64,000 bases of DNA, taken from the NCBI GenBank assembly GCA_030765185.1, contig JAVCDE010000031.1, positions 4,650 through 68,649 on the forward strand. The letters are read 5' to 3'. The position numbers and the translations under genes were made by a program. Shown piece after piece: positions 51,573 through 60,515 of this stretch (positions are counted from its first letter, which is position 1; each line of letters begins with the position of its first letter). Under the pieces are notes generated by a model. It made no database searches. It was given only the letters and a program-made list of their open reading frames with translations, and was not told where the DNA came from. The DNA is from Candidatus Aceula meridiana. Its GTDB lineage: Bacteria; Omnitrophota; Gorgyraeia; Zapsychrales; Aceulaceae.

Positions 51573-51728
51573 CTACCAAAGAACATCTTTAACCCACTGG
51601 TCTGCTTTCTTAACGGCTCTCGTAAGCCCACAACCTGTTTTTTTAACGTTTTCCGTAAGCCCAGAACATCCAGAAACAGAAACTAACAAGCAGGCAAGAA
51701 CGAATAAAGACAGTAGTGTGCGCTTCAT
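51573..51728 (-). CDS. Small lipoprotein (51 aa), not in the ORF track
   Basis: MKRTLLSLFVLACLLVSVSGCSGLTENVKKTGCGLTRAVKKADQWVKDVLW; VSGC lipobox; AAGGGAG ribosome-binding site. Confidence 0.8.
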   Translation of the reverse strand: MKRTLLSLFVLACLLVSVSGCSGLTENVKKTGCGLTRAVKKADQWVKDVLW

Positions 51729-51747
51729 GAAATCTCCCTTTTTTAAA

Positions 51748-53016
51748 CTAGCTAATTTGTTTAAGTCGGCAAACTGTTTTTTCTTTTCCTAAGGCTTCCA
51801 TTGTTTCAAAAAGGCCAGGTCCAATAGTTTTTCCGGTTAGAGCAACCCGCACCGGATGAACAAGGTCAGCCGCCTTTATGTCTAGCTCTTTAACCAAATC
51901 ACGAAAACCTTTTTCAGCTTCCTGAGCTGTAAAAGGATCGACGTTGCTAAGCTTTTTACTTAAAAGATGAAACCTTTTAACCGATTCCGCATTAAAAAAC
52001 TGTTTTTTGTTTTCGTCGCTAACGTCAATATTTTCAAGAAAAGCAAAATCCGCCCAATCTAAGAAGTCCGCCAAGGTCGCAAGGCGCCCCTTAAACAAGC
52101 TTACAACGTTTTCTAGTCTTTTTCTATCAAATTCCTCGCTAAGATATCCTTTTTCTAAAAGGAAAGGAATAAGCAGCTCCGTGATACTCTCTGTCGAAGC
52201 CTGCTTGATGTGCTGGCTATTAACCCATCTGAGCTTATCCATTGAAAAAACAGCCGAAGTTTTGTTAACCTTTTTAATCGAAAAACTCTCAACTGCTTTT
52301 TCAAGATTAACAATTTCTTTATTAGGGCCCGGAGACCATCCTAAAAGCATCAAATAATTAACAACCCCTTGAGCTAGAAATCCATCTTTGCGATAATCGC
52401 TAACCGCGACAGCCCCTGTTCTTTTCGAAAGCCTTCCTCCATCTTCTCCCATAATAAGCGGCAAATGCGCAAACTTTGGCGGCTTAAACCCTAAGGCTTC
52501 ATAAATAATAACTTGCTTCGGACTATTCGAAATATGGTCTTCCCCTCGGACGACATGGGTAATCTCCATTAAGGCATCGTCAACAACGCAGGCAAAGCTG
52601 TAGGTAGGCGATCCGTCTGATTTCATTAAAACTTGATCTTTAAGTGTCGCAGTATCAAAAATAATTTCATCGCGAATCAAATCATAAATTTTAATTTGTT
52701 TCTGCGGCATCTTTAGAATAACTGCTTCACCCTCTTTATAGGCTTTTTTTTCGGTAAGAAGTTTTTCAGCGTATTCTCTATAAATATCAAAGCGTTCACT
52801 TTGTAAATAAATCTCATCCCATGAAAGGCCAAGCCATTTCATGCTATCTAAAATTTCATCTAAGAATTTTTTCTTGGAGCGTTCGAGGTCGGTGTCTTCA
52901 ACACGCAGGACAAATTGGCCCTTTTGCGCTTTGGCATACATCCAATTAAAAAGCGCTGTACGGGCTCCGCCGATGTGTAGGTATCCCGTCGGACTAGGGG
53001 CGAATCTAACTTTCAT
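51748..53016 (-). CDS. gltX: Glutamyl-tRNA synthetase (compact form)
   Basis: RFAPSPTGYLHIG, RGEDH, RLSKR and anticodon-binding domain. Confidence 0.96.
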   Translation of the reverse strand: MKVRFAPSPTGYLHIGGARTALFNWMYAKAQKGQFVLRVEDTDLERSKKKFLDEILDSMKWLGLSWDEIYLQSERFDIYREYAEKLLTEKKAYKEGEAVILKMPQKQIKIYDLIRDEIIFDTATLKDQVLMKSDGSPTYSFACVVDDALMEITHVVRGEDHISNSPKQVIIYEALGFKPPKFAHLPLIMGEDGGRLSKRTGAVAVSDYRKDGFLAQGVVNYLMLLGWSPGPNKEIVNLEKAVESFSIKKVNKTSAVFSMDKLRWVNSQHIKQASTESITELLIPFLLEKGYLSEEFDRKRLENVVSLFKGRLATLADFLDWADFAFLENIDVSDENKKQFFNAESVKRFHLLSKKLSNVDPFTAQEAEKGFRDLVKELDIKAADLVHPVRVALTGKTIGPGLFETMEALGKEKTVCRLKQIS

Positions 53017-53063
53017 ATTTTTTTAAATTTAAGAGGTTGTAAAGCAAGCTTGTTAGATATCTT

Positions 53064-53459
53064 TCAAGGAGTCTGGGGTGTTTCTTTATAACCCTCTTTA
53101 ATCAACTGGCGCACCGCTTCGGTGATACGCTTTTGATCCTGTGGCGAAATACTAGAAAATTCAATACCCGTATCATAGACAACTTCTTTAGGTTGTTTCT
53201 TGGATTGAGTTTTCACAGACCAAACAACTTTTCCTTTACCCTTGATATTCTTTTCCATGTCTAAAAGGTCTAACTCTAAATCCGTTTCAGCAAAAAGCTT
53301 AATGTGTCGCTTAAAAATAATACAAAGGCCTCCAGTTCCAATATTTTCTGTATGTGTTAAAACAGCGTCTATGTCTTGTCCTTCTTGACGAACAGTCACC
53401 AAGCAAGGATAATTAACGCGTGGGAATTGCCTTCTTTCTAACCCCTTCCAATCTACCAT
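53064..53459 (-). CDS. PilZ-domain (c-di-GMP-binding) protein
   Basis: ERRQFPR (RxxxR) and NIGTGG (D/NxSxxG-like). Confidence 0.88.
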   Translation of the reverse strand: MVDWKGLERRQFPRVNYPCLVTVRQEGQDIDAVLTHTENIGTGGLCIIFKRHIKLFAETDLELDLLDMEKNIKGKGKVVWSVKTQSKKQPKEVVYDTGIEFSSISPQDQKRITEAVRQLIKEGYKETPQTP

Positions 53460-54239
53460 CTATAGCCTCCTTTGAATTCTTGTAATCTGGCTTGCCGTCC
53501 CTGTTTCATCAACAGTAATTACAGCACCACTTAAAGCAACATCGCCTTCTGCAACTTCAAACTTAGATGGCATGCTTGTTAAAAACCGTTGAATAATCTT
53601 TTCTTTATTTTGACCGATTACAGAATCAAACGGACCGGTCATTCCTAAATCAGTAAGATACGCAGTCCCTTTAGGCAAAATGCGCTCATCTGCTGTTTGC
53701 ACATGCGTATGTGTCCCAACAACAGCGGACACCTTCCCATCAGCAAAATGCCCTAGAGCAATTTTCTCGCTCGTTGCTTCGGCATGCATATCAACAATAA
53801 TAATGTTAGTGTGCTTCCTGGCCTGCTCTACCAATTGGTCTAGTGCTTTAAAAGGGCAATTAACATTATACCGTATAAAGACACGGCCTAAAAGATTTAT
53901 GATAGCTATTTTCTGGCCGTTGACTGTTTGCGTCAAACAAAGGCCCTGCCCCGGAGTTCCTTCAGGAAAGTTCGCAGGCCTCAAAAGTTTCGGATTGTCC
54001 TGTAGCGATTCTAAAAGTTCTTTTTTATCCCAGACATGATCCCCAGAAGTAAGAATATCGCAGCCGAAGCATAGCAGCTCTTCAGCTAATCGCGGAGTAA
54101 CTCCGGCGCCTGCGGCTGCATTTTCAGCATTGGCCACAACAAAATTAATTTTAAACTCCTCCTTAATTTTTGGAAGAAGCTCTTCAACGGCTTTGCGGCC
54201 GGGCTTACCGACGATATCTCCGATACATAAAATGTTCAT
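53460..54239 (-). CDS. ymdB: YmdB-family metallophosphoesterase
   Basis: GDIVG, NAEN, RPAN, DMHAEATSEK, GTHTHVQT; downstream of rny. Confidence 0.93.
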   Translation of the reverse strand: MNILCIGDIVGKPGRKAVEELLPKIKEEFKINFVVANAENAAAGAGVTPRLAEELLCFGCDILTSGDHVWDKKELLESLQDNPKLLRPANFPEGTPGQGLCLTQTVNGQKIAIINLLGRVFIRYNVNCPFKALDQLVEQARKHTNIIIVDMHAEATSEKIALGHFADGKVSAVVGTHTHVQTADERILPKGTAYLTDLGMTGPFDSVIGQNKEKIIQRFLTSMPSKFEVAEGDVALSGAVITVDETGTASQITRIQRRL

Positions 54240-54254
54240 AGTTTATCTGCTCGT

Positions 54255-55823
54255 CTATTTGGCATATTCTACGGCGCGTGTTTCACGAATGACAAGCACC
54301 TTTATCTGACCAGGATATTCCATGCTTCCTTCAATCTTTTTGCGAATATCTCGGGCTAGCACTAAAGAGGCCTCGTCTCCGACTTTGTTAGGTCTAACCA
54401 TTATGCGGACTTCTCGTCCGGCCTGAAGCGCATACGCTTTATCAATGCCTTTAAAAGAAGTCGCAATATTTTCTAAAGTCTCAATACGCTTAATATACGT
54501 TTCCATAGTTTCAGCACGTGCGCCAGGGCGAGCTGCGCTAATCGCATCAGCAGCTGCAACCAGAATTCCATAAATCGTCATCTCTGTTTCTTCGTGATGG
54601 CATTCAATGGCTTTAACAACTTCAGGAGCCTCTCCGAATTTACGAGCAATCTCTGCACCAATAATCGCATGAGGGCCTTCGACTTCAGAGCCGGCAACTT
54701 TTCCAATGTCATGTAAAAGGCCTGCACGTCGAGCTGTTTTAAAATCAAAATTAAGCTGTGATGCCATAATCCCCATCAAAGATGCTACTTCTTTAGAATG
54801 GCGAAGCGCATTTTGGCCAAAACTTGTACGATATTTTAACCGGCCAACAAGCTTAACCAATTCAGGGTGCATGGTATGAATTCCTAAATCAAAAATAGCT
54901 TGTTCGCCTTCTTCTTTAATCTTGGAATCAATTTCTTTCTTTACCTTCTCGACAACTTCTTCAATGCGTCCCGGATGAATACGCCCATCCTGGATAAGAC
55001 GCTCCAAAGAAATCTTGGCAATCTCCCGGCGCATCATATCAAACCCTGAAATCGTAACCGCTTCAGGGGTATCATCAATGATGATATCAACACCCGTTGC
55101 CATCTCAAAGGCGCGAATGTTGCGCCCTTCACGGCCGATAATACGTCCTTTCATTTCGTCTGACGGAAGATGAACAACGCTAATCGTCGTATCTCCGGCA
55201 TGGTCAGAAGCACAGCGATGAATTGCCGCTGAAATAATTTCTTTGGCTTTTTTATCAGCATCTTCTTTGAGCTGTTCTTCCATTTCACGAATGCGTCCTG
55301 CTTTTTCTCCAAGAATCTCATCGTCAATACGCGACAAGAGAAGGCTCTTAGCCTCTTCTGAGGTCATAGATGATATCTTTTGCAGCCTTTGCTTTTCTTC
55401 TTCAACAAGCTTTTGCAAGCTCTCTTTTTGTTTGCCGATATCTTCTTCTTTTTCATGAAGAGCATTGACGCGCCCTTCAACATCTTTTTCTTTCTTCTCT
55501 AAAAGGTCAACGCGCTTATCAAGATTTTCTTCTTTTTGTAAAATACGTTTTTCAGCAGCCGAGATCTCTTCTCGCCTTTCCTGAGTCTCCTTCTCAAATT
55601 TCTCGCGAAGATGAATTAACATATCACGGGATTTAATCTCCGCTTCTTTCATGGTGTTTTCAACTGAACGCTCAGTTTTTTCAATGAGCTCTTTTGCTTT
55701 TTGTTTGGCCCTGTGCAATCTTTTGCCAGAAAAAAACCGGCTTAAAAGATAGCCTGATAAAACAAGAAAAACACCTAAAATAGGATATCCAACGGTATAT
55801 AACAAAATATTTGATTTTTCCAT
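54255..55823 (-). CDS. rny: Ribonuclease Y
   Basis: N-terminal TM, coiled coil, KH domain ([12 protein letters not shown]), HD domain (LLHDIGK). Confidence 0.98.
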   Translation of the reverse strand: MEKSNILLYTVGYPILGVFLVLSGYLLSRFFSGKRLHRAKQKAKELIEKTERSVENTMKEAEIKSRDMLIHLREKFEKETQERREEISAAEKRILQKEENLDKRVDLLEKKEKDVEGRVNALHEKEEDIGKQKESLQKLVEEEKQRLQKISSMTSEEAKSLLLSRIDDEILGEKAGRIREMEEQLKEDADKKAKEIISAAIHRCASDHAGDTTISVVHLPSDEMKGRIIGREGRNIRAFEMATGVDIIIDDTPEAVTISGFDMMRREIAKISLERLIQDGRIHPGRIEEVVEKVKKEIDSKIKEEGEQAIFDLGIHTMHPELVKLVGRLKYRTSFGQNALRHSKEVASLMGIMASQLNFDFKTARRAGLLHDIGKVAGSEVEGPHAIIGAEIARKFGEAPEVVKAIECHHEETEMTIYGILVAAADAISAARPGARAETMETYIKRIETLENIATSFKGIDKAYALQAGREVRIMVRPNKVGDEASLVLARDIRKKIEGSMEYPGQIKVLVIRETRAVEYAK

Positions 55824-56072
55824 GGTGTAAACTCCCCTTCTATGGTTATTGACCTTTGTCCCTTAAAAATTAAGGAAGTCAACATTAGGTCTTTTTTCTA
55901 GAAAACAAAGGTCGCTATACTAGCTCTCCAAAAATAACCAAGGCTGCCTTCCCTAAATCTGCCTAAAAAGGGCAAGTCTTGACTTCTTTTGCTTTCTGCC
56001 TAAGAAAAAGACCAATAAAACAAGCCACATAAAAATGCTTGTTGCTTAAAGTGTTACTTTTTTTAATTTTTC

Positions 56073-56636
56073 CTAATTCCTAATGATAAAGGAAACAGAA
56101 ACGTCATGGTTCTCGACGCAAGGCAGGCAATCAACGACTTGGAAATCAAACGCCAAACCAATCTTTGGCGTGTTTTGAGGCAATGTTTTTAAAAAGCGGT
56201 CATAATAGCCTTCACCACGGCCCAATCGGTTACCCTTTTTATCAAAGGCAACCCCCGGCACAATAACTAAATCAATCGCACAAAGGTCACCTTTTTGCGC
56301 AGGATCTTCTTTAGGTTGTTTAATGCCGTATGGTCCATCAATTAAGCTCGTTTCTAAATTTGTAATCAGTGAAGGTATTATTTCTTTTTTTTCTTTTACC
56401 GTAATAGGTAATGCTATTTTTTTTCCAAGATTTTGTGCCTGCTTGATCATCTCAAGCGTTTCAACTTCTCCATCAAAAGCGCTGTAAAACATAATTATTT
56501 TGGCAGCGCGAAATTCCGGTGTTTTAAAAAGCGCAGCTTGAATAAGCTCGCTTTTTTTAAGCCTGATATCCTCCTTTTGGTTTCTTATCAGCTCCAAAAG
56601 CCTTTGCCGTAAGGCTTTTTTTGGATTATCTTTCAT
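56073..56636 (-). CDS. 5-formyltetrahydrofolate cyclo-ligase
   Basis: IVPGVAFD..GNRLGRG.GYYDR. Confidence 0.95.
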   Translation of the reverse strand: MKDNPKKALRQRLLELIRNQKEDIRLKKSELIQAALFKTPEFRAAKIIMFYSAFDGEVETLEMIKQAQNLGKKIALPITVKEKKEIIPSLITNLETSLIDGPYGIKQPKEDPAQKGDLCAIDLVIVPGVAFDKKGNRLGRGEGYYDRFLKTLPQNTPKIGLAFDFQVVDCLPCVENHDVSVSFIIRN

Positions 56637-56751
56637 AATAACACATCGTTTTCACTAAAACTTCAACCCTAAGATTGCGCTAACAAAAAAATGCGGTCTG
56701 GGCTGAGGGAGCATTTTACCATTTTTCGCTAAGATAGACAACCTAAAAATA

Positions 56752-56904
56752 AAACCCCGCGATTGCCGTTGGGGTTAGGTAACATGAACCGTATTTGTCA
56801 AGTGGGTGCTTCTCTAAAAAGCCCAAAGGCATTTTAGAAGGCAAGCTCCCGTATATACTGTGTTGGTTCAGTATAACTTGACCCTCAACGCACAACGCAG
56901 GGTT
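56752..56904 (-). ncRNA. ssrS: 6S RNA
   Basis: Long rod with paired termini, TGAACC..CGGGAGC..GCACCCAC..GGTTCA motifs; classic position upstream of 5-FCL; TGGTATAAT extended -10 at 56911-56919. Confidence 0.9.
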
Positions 56905-56957
56905 AAATGTATTATACCACAAGCGTCAACGCCTTAAAGCCTTAAACGTTCCTAAAA

Positions 56958-58985
56958 TTAACGCTTAATCGCATCAAGATCTGAAATAATTTTCTGGCAA
57001 ATCACCTGGTGGGCTTTTTCAACCTCTTGCTCTGTAAGAGTTCTCGTCCCAGATTGATAGGTCAAAGAAATAGTTATGCCGCGGCACCCTACAGGAACTT
57101 TTTCACCTAAATATTGCTCAACAAAAGAAACTTCCTTTAGCAAAGGCTCTTTTAAAAAATCAATAACGTCACAAACTTTTTGAAATGTGGAGTACTCTTT
57201 TACAGCTAAGCTAATATCTCTTACAACAGACGGGTAATCAGAAACTTTTTGGAATCGGCAAAGTTTTTGTTCTTTTTGATAAAGCGTCTCAATGTCTACC
57301 TCTGCATAAAAAACATCCTGATGTTTAATATCCCAACGCTCTAAAATATCGCTAGAAACCTTTCCTAAAAATCCAGATTTTTTTCCACCAATAAAAACAG
57401 CAGCTGACTGCCCAAAGACAAACGAAGCCTTCTTATCAAGCGAGTAATTTACATTTGTAATTTTAAGACGCTTTAAAACGCCATCTAAGGATCCCTTAAT
57501 ATCATAGAAATCAATCTTTTCTTTTAAACTACGCCAGTCCGCGTTTCTTTTCCCTGTCATGGCAACAATCAAAACATCTTTTTCTCCCGACGAAAAATAA
57601 TTCTTTCCAATCTCAAAAATCTTTAAATCCTTTTGCCCTTTTTTAAAATTTGTGGCAACAATGTTTAAAAAGCTTGGTAACGCAGACGGTCTTAAAATTT
57701 GCTGGTCTTCAGTTAAAGGATTTTGATTAATCACGCCTTGAGAAATATTTTGTTTAGTGTTCTCTAATGCTTTCAGACCTACCATCGTATACGATATAAC
57801 TTCGCTTAACCCTAAGCCTGTTGCTGCTTGTCTTAATTTTTCTTTAAAAATCCATCTCTTGCTTGTAGGAACATTTTCAGCTTTAATCTGAGCTAGCCGC
57901 ATCGGCAAATTATCATAGCCGATAATGCGGGCAATCTCTTCGGTTACATCCACGCCTATTTGAATGTCCTTTCGAAAAGACGGCGCGGTAACGAGCAAAG
58001 AATCCTTGCCACTTGATGAAACTTTAAACTCGAGCTTTGTTAAAATATTTTTAATGCGCGTTAAGGGAATGTTAGCGCCTAAAAAATTCTCAATCTGAGA
58101 CTTGCTAATCTTGATTTTCTTTTGTTTTTTATTTGCCTTAGCAGGATAAACATCTTTACGCGCATCTGCCTTGCCAAGCGCGAGCTCTTGAATAAGGTTG
58201 AGTGCCCGCCAGGCGGCTTGTTCTACCATATCAATATCTACGCCTCGTTCAAATCGGTAAGATGAGTCGCTTCTTAAGGCTAGTTTGCGAGACGCCCTGC
58301 GGATTAAAACAGGGTCAAAATAAGCACTTTCAAGCAAAATATTCTTAGTTTTTGAGGTAACTTCGGTTTTCTTGCCACCCATAACCCCTGCAATAGCTAC
58401 AGGCCTCTTAGCATCAGCAATAATAAGAATAGATGGGTCGAGCTCATATTCTACTTCGTCAATTGCAACAATCTTCTCTCCTTTTTTAGCGCGCCGCACA
58501 ATAATCTTTCCACCTTCAAGCTTGTCATAATCAAAAGCATGCATCGGTTGACCGGTTTCCATCAGACAAAAATTTGTAATGTCTACAATGTTATTAATGG
58601 GACGCAAGCCAAGGGCGCTTAACTTTTTTTGTAAAAAAGAGGGTGATTGTGCGATTTTGACATCTGTCAAAATCGCACCAATATACCTTCCGCAATCTTT
58701 TTTGTTCTCAATAGAAATCGCGCACTTACTTTTACTAAACTTAATTCTTTTAATTTTTGGTTTTTTAAAAGGCTTATTTAAAATCGCAGATATTTCTCTT
58801 GCCATACCAATCATGTTAAGACAATCCGGTCGGTTGGGTGTAATCTCGAGCTCAAAAACAATATCGCCCCCGACGAGCTCTTCTTTCTCAACCTCAGAAC
58901 CAGACAGAGTGAGTTTATGCGCTAACGCCGCTGGCGTTAGCGCGAAACTGACATAATCTTTTAACCAGCTTAAGGATATTCTCAT
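56958..58985 (-). CDS. pheT: Phenylalanyl-tRNA synthetase beta subunit (lacks the B2 OB-fold)
   Basis: SLSWLKDY, ITPNRPDC, GQPMHAFD, SSYRFERG and C-terminal FDX-ACB domain. Confidence 0.96.
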   Translation of the reverse strand: MRISLSWLKDYVSFALTPAALAHKLTLSGSEVEKEELVGGDIVFELEITPNRPDCLNMIGMAREISAILNKPFKKPKIKRIKFSKSKCAISIENKKDCGRYIGAILTDVKIAQSPSFLQKKLSALGLRPINNIVDITNFCLMETGQPMHAFDYDKLEGGKIIVRRAKKGEKIVAIDEVEYELDPSILIIADAKRPVAIAGVMGGKKTEVTSKTKNILLESAYFDPVLIRRASRKLALRSDSSYRFERGVDIDMVEQAAWRALNLIQELALGKADARKDVYPAKANKKQKKIKISKSQIENFLGANIPLTRIKNILTKLEFKVSSSGKDSLLVTAPSFRKDIQIGVDVTEEIARIIGYDNLPMRLAQIKAENVPTSKRWIFKEKLRQAATGLGLSEVISYTMVGLKALENTKQNISQGVINQNPLTEDQQILRPSALPSFLNIVATNFKKGQKDLKIFEIGKNYFSSGEKDVLIVAMTGKRNADWRSLKEKIDFYDIKGSLDGVLKRLKITNVNYSLDKKASFVFGQSAAVFIGGKKSGFLGKVSSDILERWDIKHQDVFYAEVDIETLYQKEQKLCRFQKVSDYPSVVRDISLAVKEYSTFQKVCDVIDFLKEPLLKEVSFVEQYLGEKVPVGCRGITISLTYQSGTRTLTEQEVEKAHQVICQKIISDLDAIKR

Positions 58986-59119
58986 GCTTTTCTACCTCTT
59001 CAAAACGAACCATTTTTTTTCAACGAAAACAATAAGGATGAACTTGTTTGCTTACTCAACGGCAGGATCTTCTTGAGTAATTCCTGTTCCTCCTCCATTA
59101 GGAATTGCTCCTTTTCCTT

Positions 59120-60412
59120 TTATAGCTCCTGCTGAGGGCTACCAGCACAAGACTGGCTCCAGTCACCATGGACTTGGAACCAGTACCAAGTGGTGCCTCC
59201 ATCTGTGGTAGAGCAAATTCTCAAGGTAGACGCGTTAACGCTTCCACCGCCAAAGCAACTATAATTCACAAATGGGGTAAACTTCATCGTTCCAGCCAAT
59301 GCTGCTGTACAAACTCCCGGGTTTTCGCTTCCAACTTTAATAGCACCATTAACATCTAAAGACACTACAGGGGTACTTCTGTTAATTCCGACGCGTCCTT
59401 TATGAGCAGCGTCATCTCCTCCAACTTGCAACGCTGCCGAAGACTGATCTGTCGGAATTCCTGTCCGTATCCCGAGCTTACCACCAATAGTGGCTGTAGC
59501 ATAAAGGTCTCCAGTAACTTCAAGATTGTCAGGACGCGATGCCCCATTGTAGAAAGAATTGTACCCCGGGATAGTAACATTCCCATCGCTGCTAACTAAA
59601 ACGCCTTCGTTTCCGCCATCTCCGGATAAATATCCTCCGTTTAATGCAATGTTTCCACTCTCCATCTCAACATCTCCTCGAAAATAAGCTGCAGATCCAG
59701 TGGCGTCTCCTGTGGTTGCAAAAAGGCCAATATTGCCAGCAGGCAAAGAAGTCCCCCTATCGGTTGCCGCGGCAACAAAAGCAGGCAAGCCATTAAGCCC
59801 TGAACCAACAAACGCAGAAGGATATTTCCCTCCAACCGGGATAAGCTCAATTCCTGTCGGGTTGACTTCAAAAAGAGAGTCAGGATCTAATTTTTTAATC
59901 CCGACACTTCCATTAACATAAAGATTAACATTTGATAAATCGTCATTAGGAATAGTGCCACCGATTCCTACAGGATTTCCAAAAAAATTCTGAACACCTG
60001 CGGATCTTTCTTCATAAATACCAAAACCGGGATCACTCGCAGGAAATCCTATAGGAGTGCTTGCTGAAAGATAAAGAGCTCCGTCTCCGATTCCAGAAGG
60101 ATCTATTACTGCGCTCCCTCCTTGTGCAACCTGCATAGCCCAGCTATCGTTTGTGGCCCCTGTAAAATAAAACTTAGATAAGACTCCAGACATAGCGTTA
60201 TCCTCTTTTACATAAAGCTTGCGGACTTTATTTAAATCAACAGTATCATCTGTCCCGACACCAAGCTTTTCCATAACCCTCATATCTTGATACTTTCCAA
60301 AAGGTGCCGGGTAATAAGTTGTTAGAGTTACAGATCCCTGAGCAAAGACTAGCGTTGCGCTAGCTACGCCGGCAAAAACGAACAGTCCTAAAGAAATTAA
60401 TGTTTTTTTCAT
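59120..60412 (-). CDS. Secreted/surface fibre-like protein inserted between pheS and pheT
   Basis: Signal peptide, SVTLTTYYPAPFG, repeated (V/L)GI beta motifs, Cys-containing C-terminal domain. Confidence 0.65.
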   Translation of the reverse strand: MKKTLISLGLFVFAGVASATLVFAQGSVTLTTYYPAPFGKYQDMRVMEKLGVGTDDTVDLNKVRKLYVKEDNAMSGVLSKFYFTGATNDSWAMQVAQGGSAVIDPSGIGDGALYLSASTPIGFPASDPGFGIYEERSAGVQNFFGNPVGIGGTIPNDDLSNVNLYVNGSVGIKKLDPDSLFEVNPTGIELIPVGGKYPSAFVGSGLNGLPAFVAAATDRGTSLPAGNIGLFATTGDATGSAAYFRGDVEMESGNIALNGGYLSGDGGNEGVLVSSDGNVTIPGYNSFYNGASRPDNLEVTGDLYATATIGGKLGIRTGIPTDQSSAALQVGGDDAAHKGRVGINRSTPVVSLDVNGAIKVGSENPGVCTAALAGTMKFTPFVNYSCFGGGSVNASTLRICSTTDGGTTWYWFQVHGDWSQSCAGSPQQEL

Positions 60413-60423
60413 CTTTTCCTCCT

Positions 60424-60503
60424 AAATGAGCGCATGATTTATGGCCGCGTTAGCAAAATAAATCCTCTGCGCAAGTTTACCCCGCGCACGAAGTGCGTCG
60501 GGA
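60424..60503 (-). repeat. 80-nt double-hairpin intercistronic element, copy 3
   Basis: Same length and termini as copies 1 and 2, with compensatory stem changes. Confidence 0.8.
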
Positions 60504-60515
60504 TTTCCTTAGTTA

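Noticed and set aside
59120-59400. Diversity-generating retroelement or shufflon target at the surface-protein C-terminus
   Set aside because: No template repeat, reverse transcriptase, recombinase or inverted cassette is visible in the window.
60470-60503. AGTTTACCCCGCGCAC...CGGGA superficially resembles a type I-E CRISPR repeat
   Set aside because: The copies are isolated and kilobases apart, with no repeat-spacer periodicity and no cas genes.
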